The position numbers and the translations under genes were made by a program. From the NCBI GenBank assembly GCA_043731405.1, contig JAYTJD010000025.1, forward strand, positions 1-36,830: DNA of 36,830 nucleotides, read 5' to 3'. Of this stretch, positions 31,376 to 36,830 are shown piece after piece (position 1 is the first letter of the stretch; every line of letters starts with the position of its first letter). This stretch comes from Candidatus Altimarinota bacterium. Lineage in GTDB: Bacteria; Patescibacteriota; Gracilibacteria; BD1-5; UBA2023. Below the pieces are notes generated by a model. The model saw nothing but the letters and a program-made list of their open reading frames with translations, did not search any database and had not been told where the DNA came from.

Positions 31376-32677
31376 ATGAATAATTTTTTTACAAGTAAAA
31401 CGGTTTTGATCATTCCGATTGCTCTCGCACTCATCTGATTGAGTGGGTGTGATATGGTGAGCATAAACACATCCATAAACACTCCAACAGATGAAATCAA
31501 TACCTTGAAATCTAGTGTCGATGAGCAGATAAAATGACTTGAAAAAAATATAAATGATGATCCAAAAAATATAGCCAACTATATCACATTGAGCTCTCTC
31601 TATCTGCAGAGAATACGAGAAACGGCTGATGTATCTGCCTATGAGCAGATAGCTAGTTTGATGCGTGAGGCTGAGAAAATAGATCCAAAAAATAGTGATA
31701 TACTCTCATTACAATCACAGATAGAACTGGGTCGACACAATTTCTGAAGTGGCAAAATACTGATACAACGAGCAATTGATATAAATCCAAATCGAGCTGC
31801 ATACTATGGCATATTGGGTGATACACAGATAGAGCTGGGTGAATATACTGGAGCGGTTGACTCATTCCAGAAGATGATTGATATGAGGCCTGATTATAAT
31901 TCATATATACGGATTGGCTATATTCGCGAACTCTACTGAGATATTCCTGGTGCCATCAATAGCCTCAAGCTCGCGATCGATGCAGGCAGCAAGTATCCAG
32001 AGAATATCGCATATGCATATGTTGAACTCTGAAAGTTGGAATTAAGAGAAAATCTCGAAAATGCAAAGCAATATTTTGAATCATCAATACGCCTCGTACC
32101 AGAGTATCCACCAGCTCTAGAGTGATTGGGCAAAGTTGCCTACTATAATCAGGATCTCACGCTGGCTCGATCATATTTCGAGAAGGCCTATGCGAGACTT
32201 CCTATTGTCCAATACCTCATCAATCTGGCTGACCTCGATATCGTCATGGGCCAAGTAGTCGAGGCCAATCAAAAGCTGACACTGGCCGAGATCACTTTTG
32301 ATACAACACAAAAATCAGGTATCAATACTGATCTCGAAGAGTCGTTGTTTCTCAGTGACCATGACCTCAGGCTGCCAGATGCACTCACGATGGCAAAACG
32401 AGCCTACCTGGTACGACCAAACATATTCGCAGCCGATAATCTCTCATGGGCACTCTACAAAAATAAGGAGTATTCAGAAGCAGCCAAATACACTACATGA
32501 GCACCCATACAAGGAGAACATGATCCATTCATATTATATCATCAAGGTATGATCGCTCTAAAAAACAATAATACTACAGAAGCCCAAAGATACCTGAATG
32601 GGGCCCTTGAACTACACCCACGATTCTCGATTCTCGATTCCCGGCAGGCAGCCGAAATACTCAATTCAATTAAATAA
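31376..32677 (+). CDS. Tetratricopeptide-repeat lipoprotein (433 aa)
   Basis: ATG at 31376 with lipobox IALALI-G-LSGC. Repeated TPR-like helices (AAYYGILGDTQIELGEYTGAVDSFQKMIDMRPDY, IAYAYVEL-G-KLELRENLENAKQYFESSIRLVPEYPPALE). In frame with ORF 32126..32500. TAA at 32675-32677. Confidence 0.75.
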
Positions 32678-32684
32678 AATTTGT

Positions 32685-33500
32685 ATGAAACATACCATCA
32701 AAGTCTTGATTCGTACGCTAGTTTTATTTTGAGTAGTATTTTTTTTTGTATGTAACCCTATGGAGGCTCACGAGCTCATACCTCGAGCATTGCAGGAATA
32801 TATCCAAGCCAACCCTGATGCGACTCCTGATGAGATACAACAATTTGCATACAGTCAAACTCCCGAGTTCGCAAACAGGTTCCAGAACTGAGCAGCCATA
32901 CTCAAGATTGTCAGAAACCAAAATACTTCAATTTTAGACAACATATTTGATTTTTTCCGGATTGGCGTGTGACACATACTCAGTGGTCCAGATCATATCT
33001 TATTTGTACTTTCACTCCTTTTGGTATTCATATCATGGAAGGACATCTTGAGATTGACTGGGATTTTTACAATTGCCCATAGTATAACACTGCTACTCGC
33101 AGGAACTGGCATACTGGTGTTGAGTTCTCGTATCGTAGAACCTATGATTGCCCTCTCTATTGCATATGTAGCTTTTACATCAGTATTTTTATGAGACAAA
33201 CTATTTATTTGAGGGAGCCGATCCAAGATGATAGCAATATTTTTCTTTGGATTATTCCATGGTCTTGGATTCGCAGGACTACTCAGAGAGATCAATATTC
33301 CATCAGACAAATTTGTTTCATCGTTGCTTGCGTTCAATCTAGGGATTGAGTGATGACAGCTGGTAATAGTGTGAATAGCATTTCCTATCATATATGCAGT
33401 TCGCCACAAGAGATGGTATCCGAGATTCATACGATTATTCTCAGTACTGATTATCAGTATAGCTATCTACTGGTTCATAGAAAGAGTCATGCAGATATAG
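32685..33500 (+). CDS. HupE/UreJ-family membrane protein (predicted Ni/Co-type metal transporter family), 271 aa
   Basis: This gene is absent from the standard-code track. Reads FFRIGV-G-HILSGPDHILFVLSLLL (GxxHIxxGxDHxLF signature), FFGLFHGLGFAG and FNLGIE-G-G-QL. Eight in-frame TGA; TAG at 33498-33500. Confidence 0.8.
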
Positions 33501-33630
33501 CTCGTATTACATATATAGTCTAGAAGCTAGGTCTCGTATGCAGTCGTGAATGATATGTTGATAATTCTAGATATTGAGTTCATTTTTAATGACTATATTA
33601 GTGCATCATTCTGACAATATATTCGTGAAT

Positions 33631-33648
33631 TTGTCTTCCTTTTGTCTT
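33631..33648 (+). promoter_or_regulatory. Direct repeat TTGTCTT-N4-TTGTCTT (11-nt period), copy B
   Basis: Repeats at 33631-33637 and 33642-33648, with TATATA 19 nt downstream (33668-33673). Matches copy A at 28807-28824. Confidence 0.4.
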
Positions 33649-34146
33649 TTTAACTGAGTAAAAATCGTATATAATTCATTCACTCTTTCGATCAACGTGC
33701 ATCTATCCTTACTTTTTCTCTGCGAATTTATGCGACATTAGCAACAGCTTTTATGAAACAGGGATCTTATCTCTGATACACACAGCTCGCTATACAATAA
33801 TCGATATAATCAATCATTATTGACTACCGCACCAAGAGATATTTAATCAAGGACAATAACGTATTTGAAGGATATATTTTTTCTGAGCTACAATCAGCTG
33901 TCACATCAACTTCACTCCTGATACTGAGATTTTCATAGACTCATGTGTAATTCCTGAGTTCTAATCATTCAGTTAGTAATCTGTGAACGGACTTATCCGT
34001 TATGTATTCATTTTTATAACTATGTATTAGAACGTTGGATGATAGTGACATCTATGCATGATTCGTGTAAGTATTAGAATTTGTGGTTTGCATGCTATTG
34101 GTTTGGGAAAAATAATGTAGATTATTATATACTAATTTTTTTTCAT

Positions 34147-34350
34147 ATGACTACGCATAATACAGGATCTCAAGGGAATGATAATAAACCTAAGAAAGGA
34201 TTCATGAATATGGCCAGTAATGATGGTAAGGACTCAAAAAATTCTTCTGGATCTGACGGTAGAAAGTCTAGCGGGGGCAATAATCCCGATTGAAAGAATG
34301 GTAGTTCTGGATCTGACGGTAGAAAAGCGTCTACTAGTAACAAGAAATAA
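34147..34350 (+). CDS. Small hydrophilic Gly/Ser/Asn/Lys-rich protein (67 aa)
   Basis: ATG at 34147 reads MTTHNTGSQGNDNKPKKGFMNMASNDGKDSKNSSGSDGRKSSGGNNPD-G-KNGSSGSDGRKASTSNKK. Internal 21-nt direct repeat TTCTGGATCTGACGGTAGAAA at 34245-34265 and 34305-34325. TAA at 34348-34350. Confidence 0.5.
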
Positions 34351-34373
34351 ATTATATCATTAACTTTCTATAT

Positions 34374-34565
34374 ATGAATACTTGAAACAACTTTGATGAT
34401 GACATGGATAATAATGGTAAAGCTGGAATGAGTTGAGGTGGAATGAATTCCCCTGGACAATCTGGTTGAGGCATGAATACACCAGGTCAATCTGGGAATC
34501 CAGATGAGATGCCAGAAACTAGCGGTAACCCATCACGCAAGTCCAATGAGCAGATGGGGCGATAA
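34374..34565 (+). CDS. Small hydrophilic Gly/Asn/Met/Pro-rich protein (63 aa)
   Basis: ATG at 34374 reads MNT-G-NNFDDDMDNNGKAGMS-G-GGMNSPGQSG-G-GMNTPGQSGNPDEMPETSGNPSRKSNEQMGR. TAA at 34563-34565, followed by a strong terminator. Confidence 0.45.
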
Positions 34566-34579
34566 GTATCTCAGATTAT

Positions 34580-34617
34580 AAAAAAAACACCTCTCAAGAT
34601 TGAGAGGTGTTTTTTTG
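34580..34617. terminator. Bidirectional rho-independent terminator
   Basis: A-run, then ACACCTCTC (34587-34595), a 6-nt loop and GAGAGGTGT (34602-34610), then T7. It serves the small-protein genes (+) and the DKNYY gene (-). Confidence 0.7.
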
Positions 34618-34693
34618 TATTTGTAAGCAGAGTGTATACGACACATATATAGAAAAAGAGGAGAGAGAAAATATAGTTTTTCATAAGCAATAA

Positions 34694-36460
34694 TTATTCG
34701 TTACAGGCTGGGTAAGTACTTGACTTTTTTGATGCAAAACACCAATACGGCCGTGTTTTCCCATTGTAGCCTAGAGAGTCTCGACTGATGATCTTTACAG
34801 CTTTAGGATTTTTGATTTGCTGGAGCGATATACCTGCAAAATAAAAGTGATTCCTGTCTCGAGCAAAACTCCATCTGAGGGGTGTATACGTTTTATAATC
34901 GGCTCATTCAACTTTCCATCAAGCATAGTAGATATTTTTCTTGTCCTTCGCATGGAGATCCTTCATGAGAACAAAAGTATTTGGATCAGAGTTTTTGATA
35001 ACACGATCATCATAATAGATCCTATTCTTATCTCGCATATAGTGGTCTGTCTCGATCCAATTAAGGCCCCCAGTATCAATACCAGTGAAGCTCTTTGGAT
35101 CCGCTCCAATGATTTTTTTGCTTTGATAATAGACATTCATTGCGTCGAGTGCACGCCATGGCTCTATCACTCGAAATGTCTTGGAACTACAAGGAAATCG
35201 GGATCCCTCAAACCAACAAAATCCCGAGTCTGTTGCATACAATGTGCCTGAAAATGCAACAAAACCCTGTATCGTCGCACCAGTCAAGACACTATATTCG
35301 TCTCCCCATCATCGGAGAAATACATTCTCTGAGTTATGAAAATAATTGGCTGAGCCTGCGTAAGGTAGGATTTCGATTTGTGGATTTTTGGTAGAGTTTA
35401 TTATTTTTGGATTCTTGGTAGGATTGAAATAGGGGTCATAGTATCCATTTTTGTCTGCAAATCCTGATAAGGTTTTCTGAAATGTAGAAACATCGAATCC
35501 TGTCAGCTCATATCCATCACATCCGACTTCAGATCTACATCATACAAAAAGTTTTCATCGACTGCGGATCACACCATTTCAGATGTATGCATACTTTCAT
35601 ATATCCACTCCAGAGAGAGTCTTCCCTGTTGGGGTATAGATATTATTCTGATCTCGTGCGAGTTGCTCATCAGGAAATAATCAAAATGTTGATATATCTA
35701 CCAGTACCGTTATCACTGGTGAGTATACATTTTTTGAATCAAATACAAATGCACCTGATTCAGTCAGGGTCTGGAAATCATGTGTTGGATATGATTTGAG
35801 TTCTTTCATATTCATATATGCGATATGACGATCATCCTCAGTTCTATGTTTTGTTGCCACGAATCTATCATTGTATACTCCATGTTTGTCATAGAGAAAT
35901 CGTTGTCCCATAGGACTCACAAAAACTCAGAAACTTGCTATATCTATACCCTCAATCCGCAGTATACTCCCATCTACAGAACCAATGAAATATAGTTCTT
36001 TACCATCAGTCATATACTCATTTGGGAGATACTTAATTTTTGTGATATCAAACCCTGTTGGGATATCTAGGGCGACATTCCCATGAAAAATATAGTTTTT
36101 ATCCAATCAGAGAAACACTCCGCTCTGAAATTTTACTACCTGAAAGGTAGAGTTATCAGGAGTGACGGTGATTGTCTCATTTTTGCTATGATCCCAATAG
36201 CCAAAATACTGACCAGCAAAGAGGATCTGATTCCCAATTTTTGCAAAACAACCATCTTCAAGAATTTTTATATTTTTCCAGTTTTTCCAGTCTCCGAGTA
36301 TGCCACCTCTAGATGTATAAAATGTGATATCATCACGAGCATAGCACTCAGAAATTTTCTGATACGTCTTTGGATTGGCTGACTCGGGCAGATATATCTC
36401 TTCGGCAAAAATCGGAACAAACAGAAAACAAAGCAAGAAGACAGCGAAAAGAAAACGCAT
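34694..36460 (-). CDS. Secreted DKNYY-repeat family protein (588 aa)
   Basis: ORFs 36107..36460, 35681..35920 and 34919..35287 are in one frame (offsets 540 and 1173), and the gaps translate with TGA only. Signal peptide MRFLFAVFLLCFLFVPIFA. Recurring DKNYIFHG, DKHGVYNDRFV, DQNNIYTP, DKNGYYDP, DKNRIYYDDRVIKNSDPNTF, DKKNIYYA-G and DRNHFYFAG. TAA at 34694-34696. Confidence 0.8.
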
Positions 36461-36513
36461 AGAGAAGAAAATTTAAATTTTATTTAAGTATATGAAGAAA
36501 TGATATTTCTCAA

Positions 36514-36545
36514 ACAAAAAAATAACCCCGATTGCTCAGGGTTAT
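36514..36545 (-). terminator. Terminator downstream of the tmRNA gene
   Basis: On the minus strand, ATAACCC and GGGTTAT flank a 10-nt loop (plus-strand arms 36522-36528 / 36539-36545), followed by U7. Confidence 0.55.
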
Positions 36546-36566
36546 GTTTTATTTTTGATCAAAAAC

Positions 36567-36830
36567 TGGTGGAGATGGCGGGCACCGCCCCCGCGTCGAA
36601 AAAGGTATGTCGTATAATTCTACTGTGTATAGCCCAATTCTGATATATCTGAGAATAGAGAATGAGCAAAAAGCTCTCAAATAAACACGATCTCCATATG
36701 AACTCTTTGCGAGAATTGTGTCAACGAGGCAAAGGTAAAACTAATAAGTATGATATCTCTCTATCAGTTTCGAGAGATAAAAGTTGTAGCAGGCCATCCG
36801 GCACTCATCCGCCTAAGCGGAGGCTACACT
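36567..36830 (-). ncRNA. ssrA: tmRNA (SsrA), 3' portion; 5' end and probably the tag ORF lie beyond the window
   Basis: The minus strand ends ...UUUUCGACGCGGG-GGCGGUG-CCCGCCAUCUCCACCA. This aligns with the E. coli tmRNA 3' end UUUCGGACGCGGG-UUCAACU-CCCGCCAGCUCCACCA (T-arm, acceptor 3' strand, discriminator A, encoded CCA). The matching 5' acceptor strand is not found within tRNA distance, so this is not a tRNA. Confidence 0.75.

Noticed and set aside
33943-34077. 44-codon Cys-containing ORF (MCNSGVLIIQLVICERTYPLC...) in the long leader
   Set aside because: It lacks a conserved counterpart in the paralogous leader at 29157-29185, where the frame is broken by TAA, and there is no supporting signal.
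34817-35394. Plus-strand ORFs 34817..35251 (144 aa) and 35140..35394
   Set aside because: They are antisense to the DKNYY-repeat gene, which is continuous in one frame across 1767 nt.
36690-36800. Candidate tmRNA tag frames (for example GCU-ACA-ACU-UUU-AUC-UCU-CGA-AAC-UGA-UAG, or GCC-UGC-UAC...UAU-UAG)
   Set aside because: Neither ends in the usual hydrophobic Ala-rich degron. The true resume codon is likely upstream of the window, so no tag was called.
1-36830. Reading the many TGA-interrupted genes as pseudogenes or a decaying region
   Set aside because: The interruptions are exclusively TGA, never TAA or TAG, and never frameshifts. They fall on conserved glycines, and every reconstructed gene ends in TAA or TAG. 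Recoding explains all of this; decay does not.
1-36830. Translation table 4 (UGA=Trp, Mycoplasma-type) as an alternative recoding
   Set aside because: The TGA positions I could align to known motifs correspond to Gly (PFGPF, YGGTE, KGS, GxGHI, EG..YEEI), not Trp. TGG is also used normally for Trp, as in WDWDGDG and PDWL.

Overview
This 36.8-kb window only makes sense if UGA is read as glycine (translation table 25, the code of Gracilibacteria/BD1-5 and Absconditabacteria/SR1 in the Candidate Phyla Radiation). The supplied standard-code ORF track splits almost every gene. Joining same-frame fragments across TGA gives about 29 tightly packed genes that all end in TAA or TAG. The in-frame TGAs fall on invariant glycines of well-known motifs: PFGPF of prepilin peptidase, GEALxGxxGxGIDP of UMP kinase, YGGTE of GT4 glycosyltransferases, KGS of MurF and GxGHIxxGxDH of HupE/UreJ. 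In order, the window holds the valS 3' end, then an ECF sigma / anti-sigma / DUF2127 / PAP2 / PepSY envelope module with a shared SigW-type promoter. Next come two secreted M23 peptidoglycan hydrolases, murF, recO, a type IV pilus-like set (pilD, pilin, FecR-like protein) and an orphan solute-binding protein. A 1728-aa surface protein follows (T4SS-pilin-like N-terminus, about eight PKD domains, TM anchor, PDWL-repeat tail) with a 770-aa PKD partner, then pyrH. The last part is a visibly AT-richer accessory block: a GT4 glycosyltransferase, a DUF4331 / TPR-lipoprotein / HupE-UreJ operon, two tiny disordered proteins and a DKNYY-repeat protein. That block abuts the 3' part of a tmRNA gene. I saw no CRISPR array, rRNA, tRNA, transposase or integrase. 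All coordinates were derived by hand translation, and family names are recognised from motifs, not from searches.
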